Below are positions 1 to 10,399 of a stretch of DNA of 64,000 nt, piece after piece (the stretch's first letter is position 1; each line of letters begins with the position of its first letter). This DNA comes from Trueperaceae bacterium (GTDB lineage: Bacteria > Deinococcota > Deinococci > Deinococcales > Trueperaceae). The notes beneath the pieces are model-generated. The model worked only from the letters and a program-made list of their open reading frames with translations. It was not told the origin of the DNA and ran no database searches. A program made the translations under genes and the position numbers. The stretch covers positions 2,720,001-2,784,000 of the forward strand of contig OZ243956.1 in assembly GCA_965214405.1 (NCBI GenBank), read 5' to 3'.

Positions 1-1
1 G

Positions 2-166
2 GGCGTGGCGGGCACCATGTTCGCCGCGGTCTCGTCGGTGGGGGCCAACATCGAGATGATCACGACGAGCGAGGTGCGTATCTCCGTGGTCATCCCCGCG
101 ACCCACGCCGAAGAAGCCCTGCGCGCCGTACACGCAGCGTTTGAGCTCGACAAGGTGCCGAGTTAA
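2..166 (+). CDS. lysC: Aspartate kinase, C-terminal ACT domain (partial, runs off the window start)
   Basis: Frame from nt 2 reads GVAGTMFAAVSSVGANIEMITTSEVRISVVIPATHAEEALRAVHAAFELDKVPS*, a typical aspartokinase C-terminus. Confidence 0.9.
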   Translation, partial: GVAGTMFAAVSSVGANIEMITTSEVRISVVIPATHAEEALRAVHAAFELDKVPS

Positions 167-206
167 GCACGCCTTTGCCCCTCACAAGACCGGGTTATGC
201 TGGGTC

Positions 207-515
207 GTGCGCTCGGGTTTTGAGGTCGAACAGCTTTTCTTACGTTTGCGCGGCGGTCAGTTCTCTGTCGAGTGCGTGCTGGTGGCCCCGAGCGGCGCGC
301 TCAAACACGACACCGTCACCTTTCCGACGCGCAGCGAGCTCGAGGCCGTCAAACGCGCCGCGCGCTATCTTGCGGGTAGAGGCGACGTGGAGGGCGCGTC
401 CAACGTGAGGTTGCGGATCGAGCGTCGTGGGGAACTCAAGGATGAAACGAACCTAAAACGCTTTTTTGTTCAAACCTTTGAGGACGAGCTTGAGGACGCT
501 TTAAGCGGTTTGTAA
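207..515 (+). CDS. Hypothetical protein (start uncertain)
   Basis: Open frame 141-515; GTG at 207 avoids overlap with lysC; no recognisable motif. Confidence 0.55.
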   Translation: MRSGFEVEQLFLRLRGGQFSVECVLVAPSGALKHDTVTFPTRSELEAVKRAARYLAGRGDVEGASNVRLRIERRGELKDETNLKRFFVQTFEDELEDALSGL

Positions 516-577
516 CGTTTTATAAGGTTTGCTCTACCGCAACCAGCAAGTCTCCTGTGCCGGTTGTACACTGAGCC

Positions 578-1129
578 ATGCCACGCGCCGCCGAACCTGT
601 CAAGACGGGGCTAACGTTTGAGGAGTATCTCGAGTTCGAGCGAAAGAACTCCGAAAAACACGAATTTGTAAACGGTCAACTGTTCATGATGGCTGGGGGG
701 AGTATTCGTCATAATCGTCTTACGCTCATCTTAGCCGCGCAACTTCTGGCTGCGGAAACCGGAACATGCCGCACCTTCATGGCTGATATGAAACTGCGGA
801 CGCCGGACGACGTGGGCTACTACCCGGATGTCTTCGTTACTTGCGACGAAAGCGACGACGGTACCTATATTAAACGAAAACCGTGCCTCATCCTCGAGGT
901 TTTGTCCGATTCGATAGAAGCGATTGACCGGGGCGAAAAGTTGCGCAACTACCTCAAGCTGACAAGTTTGCAAGGCTACGTACTGGTGAGTCAAAACGAG
1001 CCGCGTCTGGAAATGTTTCGCCGTGAAGAAAACGGCTGGCGTTATGAGGTGAAAGAGGCTGGAGAGACGCTGACGCTGCCGTGTCTGGACTTTACGCTGG
1101 TTGTGGATGAGCTTTACGCTGGATTGTAG
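578..1129 (+). CDS. Uma2-family (PD-(D/E)xK) endonuclease-like protein
   Basis: EFVNGQLFMMAGGS..H, YYPDVFV, LILEVLS.S...DRGEK motifs; TACACT 5 nt upstream of ATG. Confidence 0.9.
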   Translation: MPRAAEPVKTGLTFEEYLEFERKNSEKHEFVNGQLFMMAGGSIRHNRLTLILAAQLLAAETGTCRTFMADMKLRTPDDVGYYPDVFVTCDESDDGTYIKRKPCLILEVLSDSIEAIDRGEKLRNYLKLTSLQGYVLVSQNEPRLEMFRREENGWRYEVKEAGETLTLPCLDFTLVVDELYAGL

Positions 1130-1181
1130 ATTTTGAGTCAAGGCTAGAGTCGCAGCTCAAAATAAAGTCTTTGCAGCCAAG

Positions 1182-1592
1182 CTAACCATGTCCACGCCTA
1201 TCCACGCTTTTTACTTGAAAGACGATGTAGGCGCTTTTTTCACCCCCATTCTCTAAAAAATCTTTCTTCCGCCGCTTGTAGAGCTCTGGCGTGAAGTGGG
1301 CTTCCCAAGCTTTCATAGCGCTTTCTGCCTCTTCATCAGGCGTGTCCAGAAAGGAAAGAAGAAAAGGTATATCTTCTTCGGTCACCAGGTCCCAAAGCAT
1401 CATATCGAGTTTTCCAACGACTCTTGTGGAAATGTGAGCAGGATTTCCCTGTGCATATTCCTCTTCCGTAGCTGGACGTTCCTCAAGCTCATCATCAAGC
1501 TCTTCAGCTCTTACCCTCACTTCTATAGGTGAGAGCTTCCCTGCCTGCCACGCAAGAAGCAGTTGGCGTAAAGTGTTTCTGTCTACAGTCAT
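1182..1592 (-). CDS. Hypothetical acidic protein
   Basis: 136-aa ORF directly downstream of the HAD gene, visibly lower GC. Confidence 0.6.
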   Translation of the reverse strand: MTVDRNTLRQLLLAWQAGKLSPIEVRVRAEELDDELEERPATEEEYAQGNPAHISTRVVGKLDMMLWDLVTEEDIPFLLSFLDTPDEEAESAMKAWEAHFTPELYKRRKKDFLENGGEKSAYIVFQVKSVDRRGHG

Positions 1593-1605
1593 CTTTCAGT
1601 ATCCT

Positions 1606-2271
1606 CTACAGACTTCTGAAAAGCTCGAGCGACACCTCTTCCAACGACTCCAAGACCACGTCCGCCTGCGCCACGACCTCGGCTCGGGTAGGAAAACGCG
1701 GGTCGGGCACGGCGATAACCTTCATGCCCGCGTTTTTGCCCGCCAGGATGCCGTTCGAGGAGTCTTCTAAACAGACGCAGCGTGTCGGGTCCACGCCGAG
1801 CCGCCGGGCGGCCTCTAAATAAACATCCGGCTGGGGCTTGCCGTGTGCGACTTCATCCGCGGAAAGGATGACCCCGAACTTGTCCGCCACCTCCGGCGCG
1901 GCGGTCACCAAATCAATGAGCTTACGAATCGAACCCGAGGCGAGGCCGGTCGGGAAGTTTGCCGAGGCCAAGGTCACAGCTTCGACCGCGCCGGGCAAAA
2001 AAGGAATCTCGCGCTCGTACATCGTCACCATGCGGGCCGCGATTTCGTCCTCGACCTCCCCCGGCGGAAGGTCCAAATCCCAGCGTTTAATCATGTAATC
2101 CACCCACGCCTGCGTGTTGGTGCCCATGATGGCGTGGTGATCCTCTTTGTTCCAGGTTTTACCCAGGCGCGCGGCCATGTCTAAGCGCGCCCTGTCCCAC
2201 ACGGGCTCCGAATCGACCAAAAGCCCGTCCATGTCAAAAATAACGGCGTCTATCATGCTTTTTTCTACCAC
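1606..2271 (-). CDS. HAD-family phosphatase
   Basis: FDMDGLLVDSE, GKPQPD and EDS.NG motifs. Confidence 0.92.
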   Translation of the reverse strand: MVEKSMIDAVIFDMDGLLVDSEPVWDRARLDMAARLGKTWNKEDHHAIMGTNTQAWVDYMIKRWDLDLPPGEVEDEIAARMVTMYEREIPFLPGAVEAVTLASANFPTGLASGSIRKLIDLVTAAPEVADKFGVILSADEVAHGKPQPDVYLEAARRLGVDPTRCVCLEDSSNGILAGKNAGMKVIAVPDPRFPTRAEVVAQADVVLESLEEVSLELFRSL

Positions 2272-2288
2272 ACGCTTGTTCTTGATAC

Positions 2289-2825
2289 TTACCGTGCGGC
2301 CTCACCGGGCAACTGCCGGTGGTGATGCCGCACGTGCCACGAAACCATTTGAAAGCACTCGAGCACGCTCATGGGACCCAAAAAAGGCTGGACCATGCAC
2401 TGTTCGTCCGCCTTGCTTGAACGCTCCGCCTCTTTTGCCGCGTTTGTAACGGCCTCTCGCGTTTCTTGCAAGTCGCTCAGCAGCGCCTCTAAGGGACGGC
2501 CCGGCTCGGGTAAACCCGATTCGGGGGAGAGGGGTCGTCCTTCGCTCGAGAGCGTGCCGCGGGGCAAGACTAAGGGCTCACGTCCTTCTGCCGTTCTCGC
2601 AATGGCTTTGGCGAGATTTCTGTTGACGCGAACCACGTGGTCGGCAATCTCGGCGGGGCTCCACTTGCCTTCACTGACGGGTTGCTGGAAGACGGATTCA
2701 TCCAGACGGGCGAGCACATCCGAAAAGCGCGCCGTGCCCTTCTCGAGCTTGTCTATCACCTCATCAACCGAACCTCCCTGACGCGCTAAGTAATCTTTTG
2801 GAAAGTACGCCTCGATTTCTTTCAC
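2289..2825 (-). CDS. DinB-family protein
   Basis: GKWSPAEIADHV and HVRHH motifs. Confidence 0.85.
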   Translation of the reverse strand: MKEIEAYFPKDYLARQGGSVDEVIDKLEKGTARFSDVLARLDESVFQQPVSEGKWSPAEIADHVVRVNRNLAKAIARTAEGREPLVLPRGTLSSEGRPLSPESGLPEPGRPLEALLSDLQETREAVTNAAKEAERSSKADEQCMVQPFLGPMSVLECFQMVSWHVRHHHRQLPGEAAR

Positions 2826-2924
2826 GTTCTACCTCGTTTCCTTTGAGTTTAGTTTAGCTTAGAGGCGCGAGGCGCGTAAGGTGCGAAAGGTATAAAGGGC
2901 GCGGCGTGCGCTACGCTTTGAAGT

Positions 2925-3329
2925 ATGGAAAAGAGTATGAAAGCGCTTGTGCTTTACGACGGTAACTGCGGTTTTTGCCGCTGGTCGGTCACGCTGGCGG
3001 GGCGTCTTGACAAACGGGAGAGGCTCGAGCCCGTCGCCCTGCAAACGCCGGGTGTGCTGGAGCGTTTCGGCGTCCCCCGCGCCGAGGCCGAAAAGGCGCT
3101 GCACGTCGTCGCGCCGGACGGCTCCGTTCATAAAGCCGGGAACGCGCTGCGGGTGATGGCGTCGGAGCTGCCGTGGGTGTGGCCGCTACGGTTTTTGTGG
3201 CTCATCCCCGGATTTTCGTGGCTGGCCGACCGCGCTTACTTTCTCGTGGCCGATAACCGCGGCAGGTTGGCGCGCGTGGCGAGTCGGCCCGACGTTCCTG
3301 GCACGCGTTCCCGTTCTGATTTGGGCTGA
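2925..3329 (+). CDS. DCC-family thiol-disulfide oxidoreductase (DUF393)
   Basis: YDGNCGFC motif and Y..VA.NR. Confidence 0.88.
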   Translation: MEKSMKALVLYDGNCGFCRWSVTLAGRLDKRERLEPVALQTPGVLERFGVPRAEAEKALHVVAPDGSVHKAGNALRVMASELPWVWPLRFLWLIPGFSWLADRAYFLVADNRGRLARVASRPDVPGTRSRSDLG

Positions 3330-3439
3330 GTTTAGACCGGGTACAACGTTGGAGGGGCTGCGAAGCGCGTTATACTCGAGCCTAATGACACGCTCGAACA
3401 CACATTTTTTAGCCTCAAAGCTAGCCTCGGACCTGTAAG

Positions 3440-4594
3440 GTGAATTTTTCCTTGCCCGACGAGCTAGAAATGATGCAGCACACCGTCCGCGACTTTGCGA
3501 CGCGCGAAATCGCCCCCTGCGCCGCCGAACTGGACAAGCATCCCGCGTTCCCCTGGCGCACGCTTAGAAAAATGGGTGAGCTAGGCTTAATGGGCATTAC
3601 GATACCTGAAAAATACGGCGGTTCGGGTTTGGACACGCTGAGTTACGTGGTGATGCTCGAGGAAATCTCCGCCGCCGACGCCTCGCACGGCACCATCATG
3701 AGCGTGACTAACGGCTTGCCCCAGACGATGCTCTTAGAGTACGGCAGCGACGAACAAAAAAAGCACTACCTCCCCAAACTCGCCTCGGGCGAGTGGATTG
3801 GCTCATTCTGCCTCTCCGAACCTCACTGCGGCTCGGACGCGGCGGCGATGAAAACGCGAGCTGTGAAAGTAGAGGGGGGTTACCGGCTCTCGGGCACCAA
3901 GGCCTGGATTACCTCGGGCGGCGAGGCACAGGTTTATCTGGTCATGGCGAAAACGGAGCCCGGCGCGGGGGCGCGCGGCGTGTCGTGCTTTGTGATCGAA
4001 AAGGGCGCGAAGGGGATGTTTTTTGGCAAGCCCGAAGAAAAACTCGGGCAGCACGCCGCCATCACCACCACGCTCACCTTTGACGACCTCTTCGTGCCCG
4101 ACGAGGCGCTGCTCGGCCCCGAGGGACAGGGTTTTATCATTGCAATGGCGTCTCTCGACGGGGGGCGCATCGGGATTGCGGCGCAGGCGGTGGGGATTGC
4201 TCGAGCCGCCTTTGAGGCCGCCCGCGACTACGCCGCCGAGCGCGAGGCGTTCGGGCGGCCCATCCGCGACTTTCAGGGGATTTCGTTTAAGTTAGCCGAC
4301 ATGGCGACGGAACTCGAGGCCGCCCGCCTCTTAACCTACCGCGCCGCTTGGCTCAAAGACCGCGGCTACAGGGTCACGCAAGAGGCCGCGATGGCGAAAC
4401 TTTTCGCCTCCGAAGCCGCCAACCGCATCACCGACGGCGCGCTCCAGGTTTTCGGCGGCTACGGCTACGTGCGCGACTATCCCGTCGAGCGCTTTTTCCG
4501 CGACGCGCGCGTAACCGAACTCTACGAGGGCACCAGCGAAATCCAGCGCGTCGTTATCGGGCGGCAAATCTACCGCGACATGGACCGCAAGTGA
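3440..4594 (+). CDS. Acyl-CoA dehydrogenase
   Basis: FCLSEPHCGSD, KAWITSG, FGGYGY, YEGTSEIQR. Confidence 0.95.
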   Translation: MNFSLPDELEMMQHTVRDFATREIAPCAAELDKHPAFPWRTLRKMGELGLMGITIPEKYGGSGLDTLSYVVMLEEISAADASHGTIMSVTNGLPQTMLLEYGSDEQKKHYLPKLASGEWIGSFCLSEPHCGSDAAAMKTRAVKVEGGYRLSGTKAWITSGGEAQVYLVMAKTEPGAGARGVSCFVIEKGAKGMFFGKPEEKLGQHAAITTTLTFDDLFVPDEALLGPEGQGFIIAMASLDGGRIGIAAQAVGIARAAFEAARDYAAEREAFGRPIRDFQGISFKLADMATELEAARLLTYRAAWLKDRGYRVTQEAAMAKLFASEAANRITDGALQVFGGYGYVRDYPVERFFRDARVTELYEGTSEIQRVVIGRQIYRDMDRK

Positions 4595-4598
4595 CGCG

Positions 4599-4970
4599 GT
4601 GAGGCGTGTGCTTTACGACCGTCACGGTGCGCCGCGGCTCTACCTCACGGGCGCGGGCGTGGTGTACAACCTGCGCGACGAGCCGCTGGGCTTTGTGAAT
4701 GACGAACGCGTGGCGGATGTGCGCGGCGCTCCCGTTGCTTGGTTTGACGGAAGCTTTTTGTGGGACGTGGAAGGCAAGCTCCTGGGTTTTGTCAAAGGTG
4801 CGCAGCCCGCACCCGGCTTCACGCTTCCTAAAACTCAGCCTCTTCGTATTAAACCCAACCCACAACGCGCCACGCTCGCGCCCTTTCTCCTTCGCTCGCC
4901 TCGGCCTTCTCTTGTGTGGGCGTGGTCGGAAGGGGACGCTGAGGGGCTGTTTGAGGCTCGAGTCATCTAA
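4599..4970 (+). CDS. Small beta-repeat protein (4-fold beta-flower-like)
   Basis: Repeated YD..G.P..Y / D..G..LGF units; sits between the two acyl-CoA dehydrogenase genes. Confidence 0.65.
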   Translation: MRRVLYDRHGAPRLYLTGAGVVYNLRDEPLGFVNDERVADVRGAPVAWFDGSFLWDVEGKLLGFVKGAQPAPGFTLPKTQPLRIKPNPQRATLAPFLLRSPRPSLVWAWSEGDAEGLFEARVI

Positions 4971-5002
4971 CTCATCTCGTTTTTATCGATAAAGGAGCAC
5001 GC

Positions 5003-6142
5003 ATGATTTCCTTCGACCTAACCGATGAGCAAAAGCAGTTTCAGTCTTTGGCGAGGCAGTTTGCTAAGGACGTCATTATCCCCAACGCGGCCCAACACGA
5101 TAGGGACGAGAGTTTTCCCGAAGACATCGTCGCGCAGGCGCACGAGCTGGGCTTGCTCAACGTCCTCATCCCCGAGGCGGTGGGGGGCTTAGGCTTAGGC
5201 ATGGTTGACGAGGTCGTGATTGGCGAAGAACTCGCCTACGGCTGCATGGGCATCTACACCATCCTGATGGCCTCCGAACTGGGCATCACGCCGCTGCTCG
5301 TCGCGGGGAGCCCGGAGCAGCACGAGCGGTTTTTGAAGCCTCTCTTGACGGGACCCAAGCTCGCGGCTTTTGCGCTCTCCGAGCCCGACAACGGCTCCGA
5401 CGCGGGGGCGATGAAGACCAGGGCCACCCTCGAGGGCGACGACGTGGTGCTAAACGGCAACAAGATGTGGATCACCAACGGCGGCCTGGCGGACGTTACC
5501 GTCGTGTTCGCCTCCCACGACCCCGAAAAGCGGCACCGCGGCACGCTCGCGGTGGTGGTTGAGAAGGATACGCCCGGCTTCTCTCACCAAAAAATCCACG
5601 GCAAGATGGGCCAGCGCGCCTCTTATACTTCCGAGCTGATTCTTGACAACGTGCGCGTGCCCAAGGAAAACATCTTGGGCGAACCCGGCGACGGTTTCAG
5701 GATTGCCATGAAAACGCTTGACAAAACGCGCATCCCGGTCGCGGCAGGCTCGGTCGGGGTGGCGCGGCGGGCGCTGGACGAGTCGGTCGCCTACGCCGCC
5801 GAGCGTAAAGCCTTTGGCAAACCCATCAACACCCTGCAGGCCATCCAGTTTAAGTTGGCTGAGATGAAGATGGGGCTCGAGACCGCCCGCTGGCAGACCC
5901 TTTACGCCGCCTGGCTCGTCGACTGCGGCAGACCCCACACCGAGGCCTCGGCCATCGCCAAGTGCTACGCCTCGGACATGGCGTTCGAGGCCGCGAACGA
6001 GGCCATTCACGTGCATGGCGGCTACGGCTACGTGAACGAGTATCCGGTGGAAAAACTCTTGCGCGACGTGAAGCTCAACCAGATTTACGAGGGGACGAAT
6101 GAGATTCAGCGGGTGGTAATCGCGCGGGGGTTGACGTCTTAG
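5003..6142 (+). CDS. Acyl-CoA dehydrogenase
   Basis: FALSEPDNGSD, KMWITNG, HGGYGY, YEGTNEIQR; RBS AAGGAG. Confidence 0.95.
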   Translation: MISFDLTDEQKQFQSLARQFAKDVIIPNAAQHDRDESFPEDIVAQAHELGLLNVLIPEAVGGLGLGMVDEVVIGEELAYGCMGIYTILMASELGITPLLVAGSPEQHERFLKPLLTGPKLAAFALSEPDNGSDAGAMKTRATLEGDDVVLNGNKMWITNGGLADVTVVFASHDPEKRHRGTLAVVVEKDTPGFSHQKIHGKMGQRASYTSELILDNVRVPKENILGEPGDGFRIAMKTLDKTRIPVAAGSVGVARRALDESVAYAAERKAFGKPINTLQAIQFKLAEMKMGLETARWQTLYAAWLVDCGRPHTEASAIAKCYASDMAFEAANEAIHVHGGYGYVNEYPVEKLLRDVKLNQIYEGTNEIQRVVIARGLTS

Positions 6143-6261
6143 CCGCATGACGGTTTTTCAGGAAACGTTACCGCGCGGGGTGCAAGGTAGCCATAGCCAA
6201 AGTACCAGACGACTACCTGCTATACATTTCAGCAAGAAAGGCGTGGCGTCAAAAATATAAA

Positions 6262-6290
6262 GAAGCCCCCTCGAGACTCGAGGGGGCTTC
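6262..6290 (-). terminator. Intrinsic terminator downstream of rpmE
   Basis: Perfect 14-bp inverted repeat GAAGCCCCCTCGAG-A-CTCGAGGGGGCTTC followed on the - strand by TTTATATTTTT. Confidence 0.8.
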
Positions 6291-6305
6291 CCTTTGAAGT
6301 TATGG

Positions 6306-6524
6306 TTACTTGCTCTTCCGGCGGTAGCTCTCACCAAAGCGCTTCTGGAACTTCTCGACGCGGCCTTCGGTGTCGATAAAGCGCTGCTGACCGGTGTAAA
6401 AGGGGTGACAGGCGCTACACACATCCACCTGAATCTCAGGCTTCGTGCTCATCGTCTCGATCACGTTGCCGCAACCACAAAAGATTTTGGCGGGAACAAC
6501 CTTGGGGTGAATATCTGCTTGCAT
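6306..6524 (-). CDS. rpmE: 50S ribosomal protein L31 (Zn-binding type)
   Basis: MQADIHP...CGCGN...[12 protein letters not shown]...GRVEKF. Confidence 0.97.
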   Translation of the reverse strand: MQADIHPKVVPAKIFCGCGNVIETMSTKPEIQVDVCSACHPFYTGQQRFIDTEGRVEKFQKRFGESYRRKSK

Positions 6525-6685
6525 TGTGGGTCTCCTTCCGTCGCACGGGCTTGGTCGTGCGGGAGCAAAGCGTAGTTTAGCAGATAAGGGGAGATGGGGT
6601 GTGTTGGCGCGACACGCTTGTACTTGTAGGGGGATAGAGAGTAGAGAACAGAGTGATAGTGCCTCTTTCTACCTCCCCAAAGCTT

Positions 6686-7189
6686 CTACAGCTCGAGCTT
6701 CTTGTTTTCTCCCGGCTGCGCCGTGTCGTTTTGCACGACCGCTCGAGCCATCTCGAAAAGCTGCGCCACGCCGTTGGGCGCGTCCCAATATTCGGCCTGG
6801 GTGGCCCGAACGCGTAAAAGCGCCAAGTGCGGGTCGTTCAAACCGTCGGGGAACCACGCCTTGAGCGCGGGGCTCCACAGCTCTTCCGCCTTGGCCCGGT
6901 CATGCACGACCTGCGCCGTGCCGGACACGGACACGTAGAGGTTGTTCTTTTCGCTCGCGTAGCTCAAGTTAACCTGTTTGTCCTTGGCGACCTCGTCCGT
7001 TTTGGCCGAGTCGTCGCGGGTAAAAAACCAGATGTCGCCGTCGAACTCGGGTTGCTGCGTGTACATGGGGCGGCTGCGGAGCACCTCGTCGCCCTCGTCG
7101 GTCACCATCATGGCGATGCGGATGTCTTTGATTTTGTCCCAAAGCGCCTCGCGGCTTTGCGTCATGGTTGCGGCATCGGTCAGGCTCAT
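6686..7189 (-). CDS. Pyridoxamine 5'-phosphate oxidase-like / general stress protein 26 family
   Basis: RSRPM, IWFFT, YVSVSG, KAWFPDG..DP, AEYWD. Confidence 0.88.
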   Translation of the reverse strand: MSLTDAATMTQSREALWDKIKDIRIAMMVTDEGDEVLRSRPMYTQQPEFDGDIWFFTRDDSAKTDEVAKDKQVNLSYASEKNNLYVSVSGTAQVVHDRAKAEELWSPALKAWFPDGLNDPHLALLRVRATQAEYWDAPNGVAQLFEMARAVVQNDTAQPGENKKLEL

Positions 7190-7292
7190 AAAAATCCTTT
7201 CGTTACGCTAAAAACGTCATTTCAAAAGTTTTGTCAAAAACTCATCCAGACTCGAGCCTATGACCCAGAACGCGCACAAAGTAGCGCCTATC

Positions 7293-7751
7293 CTACGATG
7301 CTTTTACGCCTTGTGCCCCCTCTGACGCCTCAGCGTGCTCGCGCACCTGCCGCTTGAGCCGCCCCATGATGGCCGACATACCGCGCAGCCGCAGGGGCGA
7401 AATCACCTCACCCAAACCCATCTGCGTGTAAAAATCATCGGGCGTGTCCAGAATGTCCTCGGCGGGCAGACCGCTCAAGCCTTCTGAGAGGATGCCCGCA
7501 AAGCCGCGTGTGGTGGGCGCTTCGGGCGGGGCGTCGAAATGAAACAGCACGCGGTCGTCCGGGAATTCGGTGGCGACGAAAAAGGGCGTCTGACATTCGT
7601 GAACGCGCTCCATCGCGTCGCGGCTGTTTTCTAAATGTTCGGGCAAAGGGGGCACTTTTTTGGAATACTCTAAGAGCATCTGGAGCCGCAGCGCCTTGGG
7701 CGCGCTTTTGAACATGCTGATGACGTTTTGAAGTTTATCGGGTACGCTCAT
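7293..7751 (-). CDS. sufE: SufE-family sulfur acceptor
   Basis: RVHECQTPFF, DAPPEAPTTRGFAG, SPLRLRG. Confidence 0.9.
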   Translation of the reverse strand: MSVPDKLQNVISMFKSAPKALRLQMLLEYSKKVPPLPEHLENSRDAMERVHECQTPFFVATEFPDDRVLFHFDAPPEAPTTRGFAGILSEGLSGLPAEDILDTPDDFYTQMGLGEVISPLRLRGMSAIMGRLKRQVREHAEASEGAQGVKAS

Positions 7752-7778
7752 GCTCCAAGCATAGCCATTTTTAATCTT

Positions 7779-8918
7779 TCAGGCCGTGGCCTGCGTGGCA
7801 AAGCCCGCGAGACGGTCCGCGCCAAAGAGGCTTAAGTCGTGGCGTGAAGAGCCTTCTAACGCTAAGTCTGCCAGAACCTCCCCCAAGACCGGCCCAAACT
7901 TAAAGCCGTGACCCGAGAAGCCTCCGGCAAGAACGACGTGCGGGTGCTCCGGGTGACGGTCGAGGATGAAATGCTCGTCGGGCGTTTTGGTGTAGAGGCA
8001 CATCTCGTAGCTCACAAGGTTGTCCGTTACGTCGGGCATAAAGGCGCGCACCCTTTGGATGGTGTGGCGGGCTCGAGACTCCATCAGCGCGTTGGGGCGG
8101 TTTTCTAACTCTATCCTGGGTGCCCCGTAATGGTCCGACACCTTGACGGCGTGGGGAAACTCCAAGGGCGGCAAACCGTAGACGCCGCTCTCGTGGTTGA
8201 TAAAAACGGGCATCTTGCCCCGTGCAAAATGTTCGCCATGCGCGACCCGCAGATAAAGAACCTGCTGCTGCTCGACGTGCAGCGACGTCTCCAACTCCGG
8301 GACGAGTCGGCTCAGCCACGGCCCCGCGCTCAGGACGAGCCGGTCGGCGGCGACGCGGCCTCCCGCTGTGGTGAGCGTGACGTGGTCCCGGTGAACGTCG
8401 ATATGCTCGAGGGGCGTCCGGTCGCGCAGCACCGCGCCGCGCTCGGCGGCCACGCGCTGCATCGCGCTTAGGCAGCGCGTGGCGGCGAGAACGCCCGCGT
8501 GGGGTTGAAAAAGGGCTTCTTGACCCTCGAGCAGCCTCATGGCCGGAAAACGCGCCCCCACTTCTTTTGAAGATAAACGTTCAAAAGGCCGTCCGACCGC
8601 CGTAAGCGCTCTCTCAATAGGTTCTAGTTCAGCCCTACCGATGTCAAGGCCACCCGTGCGGTAGAGGAGCTTATCGTCGCTGTCTTGCTCTAACTGTTTC
8701 CACGCCTCGTCCGCGGCGAGCGCCAGCTTCACGTAACGTTCGTCCTCGTAAGCGTGCCGGAAGATGCGCGAGCCGCTGTGGGAGGAGCCGCGCGCGTGCA
8801 AAAAGGGGTACTGCTCGAGCAGCAGCACCTTGGCCCGGTTGGCCCGGCTCGAGAGCTTATAGGCCGCCGCGCTCCCGGCAACCCCCGCACCGACGACGAT
8901 GACGTCAAACTGTTCCAT
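7779..8918 (-). CDS. solA: N-methyl-L-tryptophan oxidase / monomeric sarcosine oxidase family
   Basis: GAGVAG FAD motif, GSSHSGSRIFR, CLYTKTPD, GFSGHGFKFGP. Confidence 0.88.
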   Translation of the reverse strand: MEQFDVIVVGAGVAGSAAAYKLSSRANRAKVLLLEQYPFLHARGSSHSGSRIFRHAYEDERYVKLALAADEAWKQLEQDSDDKLLYRTGGLDIGRAELEPIERALTAVGRPFERLSSKEVGARFPAMRLLEGQEALFQPHAGVLAATRCLSAMQRVAAERGAVLRDRTPLEHIDVHRDHVTLTTAGGRVAADRLVLSAGPWLSRLVPELETSLHVEQQQVLYLRVAHGEHFARGKMPVFINHESGVYGLPPLEFPHAVKVSDHYGAPRIELENRPNALMESRARHTIQRVRAFMPDVTDNLVSYEMCLYTKTPDEHFILDRHPEHPHVVLAGGFSGHGFKFGPVLGEVLADLALEGSSRHDLSLFGADRLAGFATQATA

Positions 8919-9178
8919 AGAGAACTCCCTATAGTCACTATAAACCTTGAGGTTCGTGGAAGGCTCGAGGGCGTCTAAAAGAGCGTGAGGCGTGTAGATG
9001 TCAGGCCAGAGGCTTGCAAACCGAAGCCTTCACCGCGCTTCTCGAGCCTCTAAGCGTATAGTTGGAGCCATAGTCAGCGCGCCTCGCCCCACCCTTTCTC
9101 GGCGCATCACCAGAGTCTCGGCCTTACCTATCACGCCCGATAATTCAGGGTGAGGCCAAAACATAAAGGAGCTTTCCT

Positions 9179-10342
9179 GTGAAACGCGTTGTCGTCGCTT
9201 TCGGGACCCGGCCCGAGGCCAACAAGATGGTGCCCGTTGTTTTTGCCCTGCGGGCTCAGGCGGAGCTCGAGCCTCTCATCCTCACGACGGGTCAGCATAG
9301 GGAGCAGCTTGACAGCACGCTCGAGCTCTTCGACTTGCGCCCCGACATCGACCTCAACGTCATGACGCAGCGGCAAACGCTGCCCGCCCTGACGAGCAAG
9401 TTGGTCGAGGCGGCGGCCACGGCGCTTAAAGACCTGCAAGCCGACTACGTCTTGGTCCACGGCGACACCCTCACCACCTTTTGCGTGGCGCTCGCGGCTT
9501 TTTTCGAGCGCGTCCCGGTCGGTCACGTCGAGGCCGGGCTCAGGAGCCACAATCTGCAGGAGCCCTTTCCCGAAGAGGCCCTGCGCTGCCTCACCGACGT
9601 GGTGACCGATTTGGCGCTGGCCCCCACCCCCGGCGCGAAAGAGAATCTGCTCCGGGAAAACAAAGCTCCTCAAACCATCCTCGTGACCGGTCAGACCGCG
9701 GTGGACGGGGTGCGCCTGGCGAGTGAACGCGCGAGGCTGCCCCAGTGGGTCGCGGCGCACGCGCACCGTCGGCTCGTGACGGTGACGATGCACCGCCGGG
9801 AGAACTGGCCGGTTTTGGGGGAGCTGGCGACGGCGCTCGAAAGGGTGGCGGAGGCCCGCCAAGACTGCACCTTCGTTTATCCCGTCCACCTCAACCCCGT
9901 CGTGCGCGAGGCGGTGACGCCCGTGCTTACGGGTCTGGACAACGTCATCCTCTGCGACCCGCTGCCCTACGGCGAGATGGCGGCGCTTATGAAGCGCTCG
10001 GTATTGTTAGTGACCGATTCGGGGGGCTTGCAAGAAGAGGGCGCGAGCTTAGAGGTTCCCGTCGCGGTCTTGAGAAACGTAACCGAACGCCCCGAGGGCG
10101 TCGAGGCGGGCGTGATTAAGCTCGTCGGGACGGAGCCCGAGGAGGTTGTGAGGCAACTTGGCACGCTGCTTAGGGAGCCCGCCGCGCTCGAGGCGATGCG
10201 CCGCCGCCCCAACCCCTACGGCGACGGTCACGCCTCTTCACGCGTCGCGCAGGCCGTCGCCTGGCGGCTCGGTTTGGCCCCGCGCCCCGACGACTGGAGC
10301 GGCGTGTCGGACCTTAAAGCCCAGCCGTCCACTGTTCGCTAG
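9179..10342 (+). CDS. wecB: UDP-N-acetylglucosamine 2-epimerase (non-hydrolysing)
   Basis: [39 protein letters not shown]. Confidence 0.96.
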   Translation: MKRVVVAFGTRPEANKMVPVVFALRAQAELEPLILTTGQHREQLDSTLELFDLRPDIDLNVMTQRQTLPALTSKLVEAAATALKDLQADYVLVHGDTLTTFCVALAAFFERVPVGHVEAGLRSHNLQEPFPEEALRCLTDVVTDLALAPTPGAKENLLRENKAPQTILVTGQTAVDGVRLASERARLPQWVAAHAHRRLVTVTMHRRENWPVLGELATALERVAEARQDCTFVYPVHLNPVVREAVTPVLTGLDNVILCDPLPYGEMAALMKRSVLLVTDSGGLQEEGASLEVPVAVLRNVTERPEGVEAGVIKLVGTEPEEVVRQLGTLLREPAALEAMRRRPNPYGDGHASSRVAQAVAWRLGLAPRPDDWSGVSDLKAQPSTVR

Positions 10343-10399
10343 CGCGTTCCCTTCAAGTCGAGGAACACGAATATCTCTTCGCATTCGGTAAGCTTCAAC

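Noticed and set aside
578..1129. Uma2 nuclease as a defence system
   Set aside because: Stand-alone member of a family commonly expanded in such genomes, with no partner genes
9131..9889. Long antisense or alternate-frame ORFs (also 5450-6148, 15758-16522, 24365-24967, 53426-54172, 55018-55677, 59443-60072)
   Set aside because: Shadow ORFs of well-supported genes in GC-rich DNA, with no motifs
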